The notes under the pieces were generated by a model that made no database searches, was not told the origin of the DNA, and saw only the letters and a program-made list of their open reading frames with translations. Positions 1-10,959 of a stretch of 64,000 bases of DNA are shown here, piece by piece. The translations under genes and the position numbers were made by a program. Source of the stretch: an uncultured Alphaproteobacteria bacterium (lineage in GTDB: Bacteria; Pseudomonadota; Alphaproteobacteria; DATDPM01). The stretch lies in NCBI GenBank assembly GCA_963841995.1, contig CAWJEX010000011.1:67105-131104 (forward strand), written 5' to 3'. Position 1 is the stretch's first letter; the number at the start of each line of letters is the position of its first letter.

Positions 1-2085
1 TTGGCGGAGGAAGAAGAAGCCCGCAAACGCGCCAAGGACGGCGAGGCGAAGAAAGCGCTGGTCGTCGAGCTGAAGCGCGAAACGGAAGTCATCGAGGAAG
101 AAGAAGCCGACGACGCCGAAAAAGCCCGCCGTGGCAAAGCGGCTCCGCCACGCCATCCGCCGGCCAAGCGCACCGAACCGCGCCGCCGCGAAGGCAAACT
201 CACGATCGCTCAAGCCCTCGAAGGCGGCGCCCAGGAGCGCATGCGAAGCATGGCCGCCCTTCGGCGAGCCCGCGAAAAAGAAAAGCAAAGGGCGCGTGAA
301 AACCAAGTTGCCGAACCGGCAAAAAAGATTACCCGCGATGTGGTCGTGCCGGAATCGATGACGGTTCAGGAATTGGCCAATCGCATGGCGGAGCGCGGCG
401 CCGACGTGGTCAAGGCGCTGATGAAGCTTGGCGTTATGGTCACGATCACCCAGATGATCGACGGCGATACCGCCGAATTGGTCGTGAATGAATTCGGTCA
501 CCGCGTGCGCCGCGTTTCGGAAGCCGACGTCGAAATCGGTCTTAAGGGCGAGGAAGACAATCCGGAAGCGATGCAGCCGCGGGCGCCGGTCGTCACGGTC
601 ATGGGCCACGTCGACCACGGGAAGACGTCCCTGCTCGATGCCTTGCGCCAGACCGATGTGGTCAGCGGCGAAGCCGGCGGCATCACGCAACACATCGGCG
701 CTTATCAAGTGACGCTCAAATCAGGCGCTCATATCACCTTCCTGGATACGCCGGGCCACGAGGCCTTCTCGGCGATGCGGGCGCGGGGCGCCAATGTCAC
801 CGATATCGTGGTGCTGGTCGTGGCGGCCGATGACGGCGTCAAAGATCAGACCGTGGAAGCGATCCATCATGCCCAGGCGGCCAAGGTTCCGTTGATCGTG
901 GCCATTAACAAGATCGACAAGCCGGATGCCAATCCGCTCCGTGTCCGCACCGATTTGCTGCAGCACGGCGTGGTCGTGGAAACCATGGGCGGCGACGTGC
1001 TGAGTATCGAGGTCTCGGCCAAAGAAAAGCGCAATCTCGAGAAGCTCGAAGAAGCGATTCTGCTCCAGTCCGAAGTGCTCGAATTGAGCGCCAATCCCAA
1101 TCGCCCCGCCGAAGGAGTCGTGATCGAAGCAAAACTGGAACGGGGCCGCGGCTCGGTTGCAACCGTGCTGGTTCAGCGCGGCACGCTCAAAGTCGGCGAC
1201 ATTTTCATCGCCGGCTCCGAATGGGGCCGTGTTCGCGCGCTCATCGACGATCGCTTGCGGCAGGTCAATGAGGCCGGTCCTTCGGTCCCGGTCGAAGTCC
1301 TCGGATTGAACGGCACGCCGTCGGCGGGCGACGATTTCGTCGTCGTCGAAGACGAAGCCCGTGCCCGCGAAATCGTTTCCTACCGCGTCCGTCAGACCCG
1401 CGGCCTGCAAAGCGTTGCGGGGGCTCGCGGCACCATCGAACAGATGATCACCGCCATTCAGGCGGGCGAAGCCAAGGAATTGCCGTTGGTGGTGAAGACC
1501 GACGTTCAGGGATCGCTCGAAGCCATCGTCAGCAGCCTCGAAAAGATGGAAACCAAAGAGGTCAAGGCGCGGGTCCTGCACGGTGGGGTCGGCGGCATCA
1601 ATGAATCGGACGTGACCCTCGCCGCGGCTTCGGGCGCGATGATTCTCGGCTTCAACGTCCGGGCCAATGCCCAGGCGCGCGACTTGGCGCGCCGGGACGG
1701 AATCGAAATCCGTTATTACTCGGTCATTTACGACATCATCAACGACGTCAAAGCCGCACTCTCCGGCATGTTGGCGCCGACAGTGAAAGAAACCGCGCTC
1801 GGCGCCGCCGAAGTGCGCGAGGTCTTCAGCATCACCAAGGTCGGCAAGATCGCGGGCTGCATGGTCACGGAGGGCGTTATCCGCCGCGGCGCCAAGATGC
1901 GGCTGCTCCGCGATTCGGTCGTCATTCATCAGGGCACGATCGGAACGCTTCGCCGTTTCAAAGACGAGGCCCGGGAGGTCAAGGAAGGTTTCGAATGCGG
2001 CATCGGCGTCGAAAACTACCAAGACGTTCAAACCGGCGATATCATCGAGTGCTTCGAGCTCGAAGAGATCGCGCGCTCGATCTAA
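1..2085 (+). CDS. infB: Translation initiation factor IF-2 (5' end outside the window)
   Basis: GTPase motifs [13 protein letters not shown] and NKID; typical IF2 C-terminal domains; followed by rbfA-truB-rpsO-pnp. Confidence 0.99.
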   Translation: MAEEEEARKRAKDGEAKKALVVELKRETEVIEEEEADDAEKARRGKAAPPRHPPAKRTEPRRREGKLTIAQALEGGAQERMRSMAALRRAREKEKQRARENQVAEPAKKITRDVVVPESMTVQELANRMAERGADVVKALMKLGVMVTITQMIDGDTAELVVNEFGHRVRRVSEADVEIGLKGEEDNPEAMQPRAPVVTVMGHVDHGKTSLLDALRQTDVVSGEAGGITQHIGAYQVTLKSGAHITFLDTPGHEAFSAMRARGANVTDIVVLVVAADDGVKDQTVEAIHHAQAAKVPLIVAINKIDKPDANPLRVRTDLLQHGVVVETMGGDVLSIEVSAKEKRNLEKLEEAILLQSEVLELSANPNRPAEGVVIEAKLERGRGSVATVLVQRGTLKVGDIFIAGSEWGRVRALIDDRLRQVNEAGPSVPVEVLGLNGTPSAGDDFVVVEDEARAREIVSYRVRQTRGLQSVAGARGTIEQMITAIQAGEAKELPLVVKTDVQGSLEAIVSSLEKMETKEVKARVLHGGVGGINESDVTLAAASGAMILGFNVRANAQARDLARRDGIEIRYYSVIYDIINDVKAALSGMLAPTVKETALGAAEVREVFSITKVGKIAGCMVTEGVIRRGAKMRLLRDSVVIHQGTIGTLRRFKDEAREVKEGFECGIGVENYQDVQTGDIIECFELEEIARSI

Positions 2086-2112
2086 CGTCCCGCACCTACA
2101 GCGGGTCATCGC

Positions 2113-2580
2113 ATGCGAAAGAATGGTTCCATCGGACGCGGGCCTTCTCAGCGCCAATTGCGCGTTGCCGAGGAAATCCGGCATAGCATCGCCGAGCTGA
2201 TCGAGCGGGGCGCGATGAAAGATCCGGAACTCCGCGATGTTCCGGTTACCGTCACCGAGGTTCGAACGACACCCGATTTGCGGCGTGCGGAAGCGTTCGT
2301 GACGCCCTTGGGCGGCGGCGATCCGAGCAAAATTCTGGCCGCCCTCAATCGCGCAGCCCCCTATTTTCGGGCCCAAGTCGCGCGCGCGATACGCCTCAAA
2401 TTCGCCCCCGTCATCGTGTTCTCAGCCGATACCTCCTTCGAGCAGGCGGGCAAAATCGAATCAATTCTGCGCCGGCCCCATGTCCGCCAGGACTTGGAAA
2501 ACCCGAACCCCGACGCGTCCGCGGATCTGCCCGAGGACTCGCCAAACGATTCATCGGAGGATTCGGGCGATGGGTCGTAG
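2113..2580 (+). CDS. rbfA: Ribosome-binding factor A with acidic C-terminal tail
   Basis: SQRQLRVAEEIR, VTVTEVRTTPDLRRA and LKFAP motifs; synteny after infB. Confidence 0.97.
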   Translation: MRKNGSIGRGPSQRQLRVAEEIRHSIAELIERGAMKDPELRDVPVTVTEVRTTPDLRRAEAFVTPLGGGDPSKILAALNRAAPYFRAQVARAIRLKFAPVIVFSADTSFEQAGKIESILRRPHVRQDLENPNPDASADLPEDSPNDSSEDSGDGS

Positions 2581-3493
2581 GCATAAGGGCGAGTCTGTTC
2601 ACGGCTGGATCGTTCTCGACAAGCCAATAGGGCTGACCTCCGCCCAGGCGGTGGCACGAGTGCGCCGCATCTTCAACGCCGCCAAGGCGGGCCATGGCGG
2701 GACCCTCGATCCGCTGGCAACGGGCGTTCTTCCCATTGCTCTCGGCGAGGCAACCAAAACCGTTGCTTTCGAAATGGACCGAACCAAGACCTATCGCTTC
2801 ACTTTGCGCTGGGGCGAGGCACGTAGTACCGACGATGCGCAAGGCAAGATCACGGCGACCAGCCCCAGCCGGCCGAGCGGGGCGGAAATCCAATCCGTCT
2901 TGTCCCGCTTTACCGGCGAAATCCAGCAAACGCCGCCGCGGTTTTCGGCAATCAAGGTCGAAGGGCGCCGGGCCTATGCCATGGCCCGGGGCGACGAGGA
3001 ATTCGAGTTATCGCCTCGGCCCATCCTCATTGAAAAACTGGCGGTTATTAGCCTTGAAGGGGATCTCGCGAGTTTCGAGGTCGCCTGCGGCAAGGGGGCC
3101 TATATGCGCTCGCTTGCCCGGGATCTTGGGCTCGCTCTTGGCACCTATGCCCATGTGGTTGAATTGCGCCGTCTTTCGGCCGGTCCGTTCGTGGAATCCC
3201 AGGCGATTTCGCTAGATTCGCTGGAAACCCTGAGGCATAGTGCCGCCGCACTTGCAACCCTTCTTCCGATCGAGACCGCGCTGGACGGCATCCCGGCGCT
3301 GGCCCTGTCGGAAGGCGAGGCCCGAACGCTGAGGAGCGGACAATCCGTCCCTCTGTTTCGGGCAGTGGACGTAAACCGCATTGGCGGCCTCGTCCCCGGG
3401 ATCGCAGTTTGCGCCATGGCTAATGGAAAACCCGTTGCAGTGGCGCGATTCGATCAGGGGAAGCTCCGCCCGGTTCGAGTTTTCAATCTTTAA
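2570..3493 (+). CDS. truB: tRNA pseudouridine(55) synthase
   Basis: LDKP, KAGHGGTLDPLATG and QTPPRFSAIKVEGRRAY motifs; start moved to ATG 2570 (MGRRHKG), overlapping the rbfA end. Confidence 0.97.
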   Translation: MGRRHKGESVHGWIVLDKPIGLTSAQAVARVRRIFNAAKAGHGGTLDPLATGVLPIALGEATKTVAFEMDRTKTYRFTLRWGEARSTDDAQGKITATSPSRPSGAEIQSVLSRFTGEIQQTPPRFSAIKVEGRRAYAMARGDEEFELSPRPILIEKLAVISLEGDLASFEVACGKGAYMRSLARDLGLALGTYAHVVELRRLSAGPFVESQAISLDSLETLRHSAAALATLLPIETALDGIPALALSEGEARTLRSGQSVPLFRAVDVNRIGGLVPGIAVCAMANGKPVAVARFDQGKLRPVRVFNL

Positions 3494-3508
3494 TGAAGGT
3501 AGCAGCCG

Positions 3509-3778
3509 ATGTCGATTAACACTCAGCGCAAGCTTGAGATCATCAAGGATTATGCAACGAAGGACGGTGACACCGGTTCGCCGGAGGTCCAGGTCGCGAT
3601 TCTGTCGGAACGCATCAAGACCTTGACCGAGCACCTGAACTCCCACGGCAAGGACTTTCATTCGCGCCGCGGCCTTCTCATCATGGTCGGCCAGCGCCGC
3701 CGCCTGCTCGAATATTTGAAGCGCAAAGATGAAGCGCGATACGAGCGGCTGCTCCAGCGCCTCGGTCTGCGCCGATAG
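3509..3778 (+). CDS. rpsO: 30S ribosomal protein S15
   Basis: [13 protein letters not shown] and [10 protein letters not shown] motifs; 89 aa. Confidence 0.99.
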   Translation: MSINTQRKLEIIKDYATKDGDTGSPEVQVAILSERIKTLTEHLNSHGKDFHSRRGLLIMVGQRRRLLEYLKRKDEARYERLLQRLGLRR

Positions 3779-3996
3779 GCGATGGCCGCGGCAACGCGGC
3801 CTCGATCGGAGCATGGGTTCATCGAAAAATGCGTTGCTGTTCCGGCCGGGAATTCGGCCGGCGCTGGCGCGTGGGATTTAAGTTTTACAGTGTTGGAGCT
3901 GCGCCATGAGGGCGCAGATGACGACGGCCGCAATCGGGCGGCCAATTTTGGAAAGGGGAATGCATTCGGCACCCCTTTAGGAAAGGTAGAGAGAGT

Positions 3997-6108
3997 ATGT
4001 TTAAGGTAATACGCAAGGAGATCACCTGGGGCGGACGCAAACTAGTTCTTGAATTGGGCAAGGTGGCCCGGCAAGCCGATGGCGCAGTGCTTGCCACCTA
4101 TGGCGGCACGACCGTCTTGTGCACGGCGGTTGCGGAAAGATCCGCGAAGCCTGGAATCGATTTTTTCCCGCTGACCGTCAATTACATCGAAAAGGCGTAT
4201 GCCGCCGGAAAAATTCCCGGCGGCTTTTTTAAGCGCGAAGGACGTCCTTCGGAGAAGGAAACTCTGACCTCGCGCTTGGTGGACCGGCCGATCCGGCCCT
4301 TGTTCCCGCACGAATTCCGCAATGAAACCCAGATCATCTGCACCGTGCTGTCCCACGATCTCGAGAACGATCCGGACGTTGTGGCGATGATCGGCACATC
4401 GGCCGCCTTGACCCTATCGGGCGTTCCGTTCTTGGGCCCGATCGCGGGTGCTAGGGTCGGCTATATCAACGGCCAATTCGTTCTCAATCCGCAACTCGAC
4501 GAGATGACGAACAGCGAGCTCGATCTCGTGGTTGCCGGTACCGCAAACGGCGTTCTGATGGTCGAATCCGAGGCCAAGCAATTGTCCGAGGAAATCATGC
4601 TCGGTGCCGTGATGTTCGGTCACGAGCAAATGCAAGCGGTCATCAAGCTCATCATCGACTTGGCCGAAGATTGCGCGAAGGAACCCTGGGCATTGCCGAC
4701 CGCGCCGGAAGGCACGGAACAGGTCGCGGCGCGCCTGAAGGAAATCGCGGAAAGCGATCTTCGCGCCGCTTACGCGGTGACGGACAAGCAAAGCCGTCAC
4801 GAAAAAATTTCCGCCGCGAAAGCCAAGGCGGTTGAAACGATCGCGGCCGAAGGTTTAAACGCCGAGCTCGCACCCGGTCTCTTCAAGGATCTCGAAAAGA
4901 ACATCGTGCGCGGCAATATATTGAAAACCGGAAAGCGCATCGATGGCCGCACGACGAGCGATATCCGGCCGATCGTTTGCGAGGTCGGAATCCTGCCGCG
5001 CGCCCATGGCAGCGCGTTATTCACCCGCGGCGAGACGCAAGCGTTGGTCATCACCACGCTCGGCACCGGCCAGGACGAGCAAATCGTCGACGCGCTCGAA
5101 GGCGAATACCGGGAGCATTTCCTGCTGCATTACAATTTCCCGCCGTTTTCCGTGGGCGAGACGGGCCGCGTCGGCTTTACCGGGCGGCGCGAAGTCGGCC
5201 ACGGCAAGCTCGCATGGCGGGCGCTGCGTCCGATTCTGCCGGACAAGACCGAGTTCCCCTATACGACCCGCGTCGTTTCGGAAATCACCGAATCCAACGG
5301 TTCGTCGTCGATGGCAACCGTCTGCGGTACGTCCCTGTCGATGATGGATGCCGGTGTTCCGATCAAAACGCCGGTTGCCGGCATTGCGATGGGATTGATC
5401 AAAGAAGATCACGACCACGCGGTGCTCTCGGACATCCTCGGCGACGAGGATCATCTCGGCGACATGGACTTCAAGGTGGCGGGAACCGACAAGGGCGTTA
5501 CCTCGCTGCAGATGGACATCAAGATCACCAGCATCACCCGCGACATCATGGAGACGGCGCTTGCCCAAGCGCGCGACGGCCGCCTGCATATCTTGTATGA
5601 GATGCGCAAGGCGCTCGAAACCGCACGCGAGCAATTGAGCGATCATGCGCCACGGATCACCGTCATCAATGTGCCGAAAGACAAAATCCGCGAGATCATC
5701 GGCACCGGCGGCAAGGTGATTCGCGAGATTACGGAAAAGACCGGCGCCAAGATCGATATCGAGGATGATGGGACGGTGAAAGTCGCGGCGGTCGACGGTG
5801 CGGCGAGCCAAGCCGCGATCGATTGGATCCGCAATATCGTGGCCGAACCCGAGGTTGGCGCCATTTACAAAGGCAAGGTGGTGAAGGTCGTGGATTTCGG
5901 CGCCTTCGTGAATTTCTTGGGGCCGCGCGACGGGCTGGTGCATATCAGCGAACTGGCGCCCGGCAGACCGAAGACCGTCGGCGAGGTCGTCAAGGAAGGC
6001 GATATGGTGTCCGTCAAGGTGCTGGGCATGGATGATCGCGGTAAGGTCAAGCTGAGCATGAAGGCGGTGGACCAAGCGACTGGCCAGGATTTGACCAAGC
6101 CCGCATGA
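3997..6108 (+). CDS. pnp: Polyribonucleotide nucleotidyltransferase (PNPase)
   Basis: [36 protein letters not shown] and S1 domains. Confidence 0.99.
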   Translation: MFKVIRKEITWGGRKLVLELGKVARQADGAVLATYGGTTVLCTAVAERSAKPGIDFFPLTVNYIEKAYAAGKIPGGFFKREGRPSEKETLTSRLVDRPIRPLFPHEFRNETQIICTVLSHDLENDPDVVAMIGTSAALTLSGVPFLGPIAGARVGYINGQFVLNPQLDEMTNSELDLVVAGTANGVLMVESEAKQLSEEIMLGAVMFGHEQMQAVIKLIIDLAEDCAKEPWALPTAPEGTEQVAARLKEIAESDLRAAYAVTDKQSRHEKISAAKAKAVETIAAEGLNAELAPGLFKDLEKNIVRGNILKTGKRIDGRTTSDIRPIVCEVGILPRAHGSALFTRGETQALVITTLGTGQDEQIVDALEGEYREHFLLHYNFPPFSVGETGRVGFTGRREVGHGKLAWRALRPILPDKTEFPYTTRVVSEITESNGSSSMATVCGTSLSMMDAGVPIKTPVAGIAMGLIKEDHDHAVLSDILGDEDHLGDMDFKVAGTDKGVTSLQMDIKITSITRDIMETALAQARDGRLHILYEMRKALETAREQLSDHAPRITVINVPKDKIREIIGTGGKVIREITEKTGAKIDIEDDGTVKVAAVDGAASQAAIDWIRNIVAEPEVGAIYKGKVVKVVDFGAFVNFLGPRDGLVHISELAPGRPKTVGEVVKEGDMVSVKVLGMDDRGKVKLSMKAVDQATGQDLTKPA

Positions 6109-6157
6109 CTTTCGGGGCGCCTAGCCGGAACATGACTTTCGGGGCGCCTAGCCGGAA
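6104..6157. repeat. Perfect 27-bp tandem duplication spanning the pnp stop codon
   Basis: catgactttcggggcgcctagccggaa at 6104-6130 and 6131-6157. Confidence 0.95.
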
Positions 6158-6277
6158 AGGGTGGTTGAAGAACGACCGTTCGCCCCATATAGCCTTATAT
6201 GGGGTTGGGACGCGGTCCATTGACTGCGGTAGTCGGGTAATCTTCGGAGTGCGGGCTCAGGGAGTGGGCGGCATCGA

Positions 6278-7671
6278 ATGAAGCCTCTGAATTCGATCTT
6301 CATGTCCGGCCGCGAGGTGCTTCCCCTGGTTGAAGGGGGCAAGGGCATCTCGGTGTCGAACGGCGAAAGCTCCGGGCCGTGGGCTGCGGGAGGCGGCGTT
6401 GGAACGTTTTCGGGCGTCAACGCCGATTTCTTTGAAAATGGAAACCTGTCGCCGCAAATCTATTACGGCAGGACCCGGCGCGAGCGCCACCAAGAACTGA
6501 TCGATTTCGCGGTGAAAGGTGCCTTGTATCAGGCGCGCGTTGCCCACGATATCGCGAACGGATTGGGCCGCATCCACATGAACGTGCTGTGGGAGATGGC
6601 GGCGGCGGAGACCATTCTTCACCGTACGCTGGAAGCAGCCAAGGGAATCATCCATGGTGTGACTTGCGGCGCCGGCATGCCCTATCGCATCGCCGAGATC
6701 TGCACCAAATACGGCGTTTATTATTATCCGATCGTGTCGTCGGCCCGTGCGTTCCGCGCCTTGTGGAAACGCGCTTACCATCGTTTCCGGGATTGGCTGG
6801 GCGCGGTGGTCTATGAAGACCCTGGCTGGCGGGCGGCCATAACGGTCTCAGCAATGTCGAAGATCCCGAGAAGCCCGAGCCGCCGTTGCCGCGCGTCCTC
6901 GAAATGCGTCACCTGATGAATGAATACGGCCTGCACGACACGCCGATCATCATGGCGGGCGGTGTGTGGTTCCTGCGTGAATGGGAAGATTGGATCGACA
7001 ATCCGGAATTGGGCCCGGTGGCTTTCCAGTTCGGCACCCGGCCGCTGTTGACGAAAGAAAGCCCGATTTCCGATGCATGGAAGCAAAAGCTGCTCACGCT
7101 CAAGCAAGGCGAGATTTTCCTCAATCGATATAGCCCGACCGGATTTTATTCATCGGCCGTCTACAACGATTTCATCAAGGAACTCGAAGAGCGCTCCGCG
7201 CGCCAAGTCGCCTATTCCACCAATCCCGTCGGCGAGCATGACACGGCATTTCCGGTGGGCGCGCGCCAGCGCGTCGTCTATTTGACCGCCGCCGACAAGA
7301 TCCGGGCCGAAGCCTGGGTGCGCCAGGGCTTCACCGAAGCCATGCGCACGCCCGACTCAACGCTCATTTTCGTGACGCCGCGGAAGTCGAATGAAATTCG
7401 GCTCGACCAGATCAACTGCATGGGCTGCCTCAGCGCGTGCCTCTTCAGCAATTGGGCGCAGAACGAGCAGGGCACCACCGGCAAGAAAGCCGACCCGCGG
7501 TCCTATTGCATTCAGAAGACGCTGCAAGCCATCAGCCACACCGACAGCATCAATACGGAATTGATGTTCGCCGGGCATAATGCGTACCGATTTGCGGGTG
7601 ACCCATTCTATTCGAATGGTTTCATTCCGACGGTGCAGCAGCTGATCGAGCGTATCCAAACCGGCGATTGA
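6278..7671 (+). CDS. Nitronate monooxygenase-family (FabK/FabX-like) FMN oxidoreductase, split by a 1-bp deletion near 6821
   Basis: ORFs 6278-6916 and 6886-7671; adding one base at gaagac-cc-tgg restores VYEDPWLAGGHNG; IIMAGG and QFGTR FMN-binding motifs. Confidence 0.85.
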
Positions 7672-7845
7672 CCGCGTGCCGGCGGCGTTTGGTTAATGGG
7701 CTCATTCGGCCCAGCTGCCGGCCTCGATAATGATTTTGATCTTTTCCAAATCAATGACTATCTTATGGATAGCGGTTGGGTTTGGCCGCTTCGTGCTTTC
7801 GCTGCAAGCGGTAAAACAAACGGTAAAATAGGCTTCGCGCGGTAA

Positions 7846-8277
7846 ATGGACGGAAATCGCGACATGCGCCCCTTTACTTCTGCTCTTGACCGCTTGCGTG
7901 GTGCTGGGCTTAGGCCGACGCGTCAACGCCTGGCGTTGGCCAAACTGCTGTTCGAATCCGGGCATCGCCATGTCACAGCGGAAGAGCTGCACAAAGAAGC
8001 TCGCGACGCCGACGTCGGCGTTTCGCTTGCCACCGTCTACAACACGCTCCACCAATTTACCGAAGCGGGTTTGCTCCGCGAAGTGGTGGTCGATTCGGGC
8101 CGCTGCTATTTCGATACCAATAACGGCGAGCACCATCATTTCTTCTTTCAGGATTCGGGCAAGCTCGTCGATATTCCGGCGGCCGGAATTTCGGTCGCCA
8201 ACCTCCCGGCACCACCCGAAGGAAGCACGGTTTCCCGCGTCGAAGTCATCGTCAGGGTTGCCGCTAAGACCAAATAA
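7846..8277 (+). CDS. irr: Fur-family iron response regulator Irr (alternative start 7864)
   Basis: GLRPTRQR, HRHVTAEELH, SLATVYNTLHQF, YFDTN..EHHHFF; ICE box immediately downstream. Confidence 0.88.
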   Translation: MDGNRDMRPFTSALDRLRGAGLRPTRQRLALAKLLFESGHRHVTAEELHKEARDADVGVSLATVYNTLHQFTEAGLLREVVVDSGRCYFDTNNGEHHHFFFQDSGKLVDIPAAGISVANLPAPPEGSTVSRVEVIVRVAAKTK

Positions 8278-8308
8278 TTCCCAGTAATATTAGGTACCTG
8301 GAGACTAC

Positions 8309-8325
8309 TTTAGAAAAGTTCTAAA
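8309..8325. promoter_or_regulatory. Iron control element (ICE, Irr operator)
   Basis: TTTAGAA-AAG-TTCTAAA, an exact match to the TTTAGAA-N3-TTCTAAA consensus. Confidence 0.9.
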
Positions 8326-8328
8326 CGA

Positions 8329-8357
8329 TTGACAATGGGGCCTGCGGGCCCCATAGT
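8329..8357 (+). promoter_or_regulatory. Sigma70-type promoter of the rubrerythrin operon
   Basis: TTGACA (8329-8334), 17-nt spacer, CATAGT (8352-8357); 3 bp downstream of the ICE. Confidence 0.65.
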
Positions 8358-8439
8358 CATGCATGAGCCGTGGGGCGGGCGCTGTTGTAGGCCCGCCCGC
8401 CGGCATATGAATGACGCCTGCAGCACGGGAGTGTGTTCG

Positions 8440-8856
8440 ATGAAACTCAAAGGCAGCAAAACCGAAAAGAACCTGAAAGACGCTTTCGCCGGCGAATCGA
8501 TGGCCAATCGCCGTTATCTCTATTTCGCGCAAAAAGCCGATGTCGAAGGCCTCAACGACGTTTCGGCGGTGTTCCGCTCGACCGCCGAAGGCGAGACCGG
8601 ACATGCGCATGGCCACCTCGAATTTCTCGAAGAGGTTGGCGATCCCGCGACGGGCGAGCCGATTGGCGACACCCGCAAGAACCTGAAGTCCGCCGTGGTC
8701 GGCGAAACCCACGAGTACACCGACATGTATCCGGGGATGGCCAAATCTGCCCGCGAGGAAGGGTTCGAGGAAATCGCCGACTGGTTCGAGACGCTTGCCA
8801 AAGCGGAAAAGTCCCACGCCGGCCGGTTTCAGCGGGCGCTGGAAGAGATCCGCTAA
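8440..8856 (+). CDS. Short rubrerythrin (ferritin-like diiron protein lacking the rubredoxin domain)
   Basis: [47 protein letters not shown]; ATG 8440 has a GGGAG RBS. Confidence 0.95.
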   Translation: MKLKGSKTEKNLKDAFAGESMANRRYLYFAQKADVEGLNDVSAVFRSTAEGETGHAHGHLEFLEEVGDPATGEPIGDTRKNLKSAVVGETHEYTDMYPGMAKSAREEGFEEIADWFETLAKAEKSHAGRFQRALEEIR

Positions 8857-8879
8857 CGAAGACGACGTCAACGCGATGT

Positions 8880-8899
8880 GGGGGGCCGGCAGGCCCCCC
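8880..8899 (+). other. Intercistronic GC-rich stem-loop
   Basis: ggggggcc-ggca-ggcccccc between rubrerythrin and the FeS oxidoreductase; no U-tract. Confidence 0.55.
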
Positions 8900-8957
8900 T
8901 ATCGCTACCCCCATCGAACGCCGCCCGCTCTTCGCGCGGTCCTATTAGGATGCTGTC

Positions 8958-10334
8958 ATGAGAGAAGGAAGCCTTGAGGCGCCAATCCGCCACCCCTTGG
9001 CCTGGACGGATCCTGATTTCACCGATGCCGAAAAAATCGACGCTGAGCTGCGGCGGGTTTTCGACGTCTGCCATACCTGCCGGCGCTGTTTCAATTTATG
9101 CGACAGCTTCCCGCGGCTTTTCGATCTGATCGACAACTCGAAAACCGGCGAGTTGGATTCGGTTGCGAGCTCGGATTTCAAGCCCGTCGTCGACGCCTGC
9201 ACGCTGTGCGATATGTGCTTCATGACGAAGTGCCCTTATGTGCCACCCCATGAATTCAACATCGATTTTCCCCATCTGATGCTGCGCTACCGCGCCGCGG
9301 AACTGGCAAAAGGCGAAATTCCTTTCACCGAGCGCCAGCTCACCAAGACCGACCGCAATGCCAAAATCGGCGGATTTCTGGCACCGCTCGCCAATTGGGC
9401 GACGTCCCGCAAAAGCAAATTCACGCGTGCGGCAATGGAACGGATCGTCCATGTCGATCGCAATGCCGACCTTCCCCGATACCACCGCAAGAGTTTCGCA
9501 AGCCTCGCCAAATCCGACCCCTTGACCGCAAATCGCGAAGCGCCGGGTTTCGGGCGCAAGGCGGTGATCTACGCGACCTGCTTTGCCAACTACAACAATC
9601 CGACTATCGGTAGGGCGGCCCGGGCCATTCTCGCTCGCAATGGAGTCGAGACTGAGGTTGCCTATCCGGGTTGTTGTGGGATGCCGCAGCTCGAACATGG
9701 CGACATCGCGGCGGTCGCCGAGAATGCGCGCAAGGTTGCGAAGGAACTCGGCGGGTTTGTCGACAAAGGCTATGACGTGGTGGCGCTGGTTCCCTCCTGC
9801 GCGCTGATGCTGAAATTCGAATGGCCGCTCATTGTTCCCGACGACCCGGATGTTAAACGCTTGGCGCAAGCCACTTACGACGCCAGCGAATACGTGGTCG
9901 ATATCGCCCGCCATGAAGGCCTGGCGCCGGGCCTGAAGCCGCTCGATCGCGCGGTGACGGTCCACATCGCCTGCCATGCCCGCGCCCAAAACATGGGTCA
10001 AAAGGCAGCCGAAATGCTGCGCCTCATCCCCGATACGTCGATCAATGTGATCGAGCGTTGCTCGGGGCATGGCGGTTCTTGGGGCGTGTTCAAAGGAAAT
10101 TTCGAGACGGCCCTTAAAGTCGGCGCACCGGTTGCACGCCAAGCGGCAAGGCTCGCCAAGGAAGGCTCCCAGCCATCAAGCGGCCCGGCGCCTTATGTCG
10201 CGTCCGAGTGCCCGCTGGCCGGTGCGCACATCGTTCAGGGCATGGAAAAATTAGAGGGGGCCCCCGTCGAAGGCGGGGCGCCGCATCCAATCGAGCTTTT
10301 TGCCCGGGCTTACGGTTTTTCGTTTACGGAATAA
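8958..10334 (+). CDS. Rubrerythrin-associated Fe-S oxidoreductase (GlpC/heterodisulfide-reductase-like, CCG domains)
   Basis: CHTCRRCFNLC, CTLCDMCFMTKCP, GCCG, CSGHGG, SECP. Confidence 0.9.
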   Translation: MREGSLEAPIRHPLAWTDPDFTDAEKIDAELRRVFDVCHTCRRCFNLCDSFPRLFDLIDNSKTGELDSVASSDFKPVVDACTLCDMCFMTKCPYVPPHEFNIDFPHLMLRYRAAELAKGEIPFTERQLTKTDRNAKIGGFLAPLANWATSRKSKFTRAAMERIVHVDRNADLPRYHRKSFASLAKSDPLTANREAPGFGRKAVIYATCFANYNNPTIGRAARAILARNGVETEVAYPGCCGMPQLEHGDIAAVAENARKVAKELGGFVDKGYDVVALVPSCALMLKFEWPLIVPDDPDVKRLAQATYDASEYVVDIARHEGLAPGLKPLDRAVTVHIACHARAQNMGQKAAEMLRLIPDTSINVIERCSGHGGSWGVFKGNFETALKVGAPVARQAARLAKEGSQPSSGPAPYVASECPLAGAHIVQGMEKLEGAPVEGGAPHPIELFARAYGFSFTE

Positions 10335-10364
10335 AAACCGCGGCGGCGGATGGAGAGGATTTGA

Positions 10365-10955
10365 ATGATGGCACGGTTTGAGATCACCAAGGCAGATATC
10401 ATGGCTCCTGCCGATTACGCGAAAATTCGCGCCGACCGCCGCAAGGCAGTGACGGCGATCAAGCGCAATCGCCGCATTTCGGTCGGCCCGTTCGCCACGT
10501 TCTATTTCGAGAATTTCGACACCATGTGGCATCAGGTTCACGAAATGCTGCATATCGAAAAGGGCGGAGAGGCGCAAATTGCCGATGAGCTTGCCGCCTA
10601 TAACCCGCTCATCCCGAAGGGCCACGAATTGGTGGCCACCATCATGTTCGAGATCGAGGATCCGGAGCGCCGGAAGCGGGTTCTCGGAAAACTCGGCGGC
10701 GTTGAAAATACGACGTCGTTGACGGTTGGCGATCAAAGGATGGTGGGCGTTCCGGAAGAAGATGTCGATCGCACCAATGCCGCCGGCAAGGCTTCATCCG
10801 TGCATTTCATGCATTTTGCGTTTACGGGTGATCAGATTGCGCGGTTCAAGAAGCCGGGCGCGCGCGTCGTGGTGGCCATCGATCATCCGGAATACGCGCA
10901 CATGACCGTGATAGCCGAATCGGTGCGCGCGGCGCTGAGCGCCGATTTCGTCTGA
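10365..10955 (+). CDS. DUF3501 family protein
   Basis: KRNRRISVGP, FENFDTMWHQVHEML.IEKG, ELAAYNPLIP, KASSVHF; canonical partner of rubrerythrin and the FeS oxidoreductase. Confidence 0.88.
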   Translation: MMARFEITKADIMAPADYAKIRADRRKAVTAIKRNRRISVGPFATFYFENFDTMWHQVHEMLHIEKGGEAQIADELAAYNPLIPKGHELVATIMFEIEDPERRKRVLGKLGGVENTTSLTVGDQRMVGVPEEDVDRTNAAGKASSVHFMHFAFTGDQIARFKKPGARVVVAIDHPEYAHMTVIAESVRAALSADFV

Positions 10956-10959
10956 GCGG

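Noticed and set aside
721-2376. 551-aa minus-strand ORF
   Set aside because: Antisense shadow of infB/rbfA, typical of GC-rich codon bias; no recognisable motifs
7726-7765. Fur-box-like GATAATGAT upstream of irr
   Set aside because: Only half of the 19-bp consensus matches
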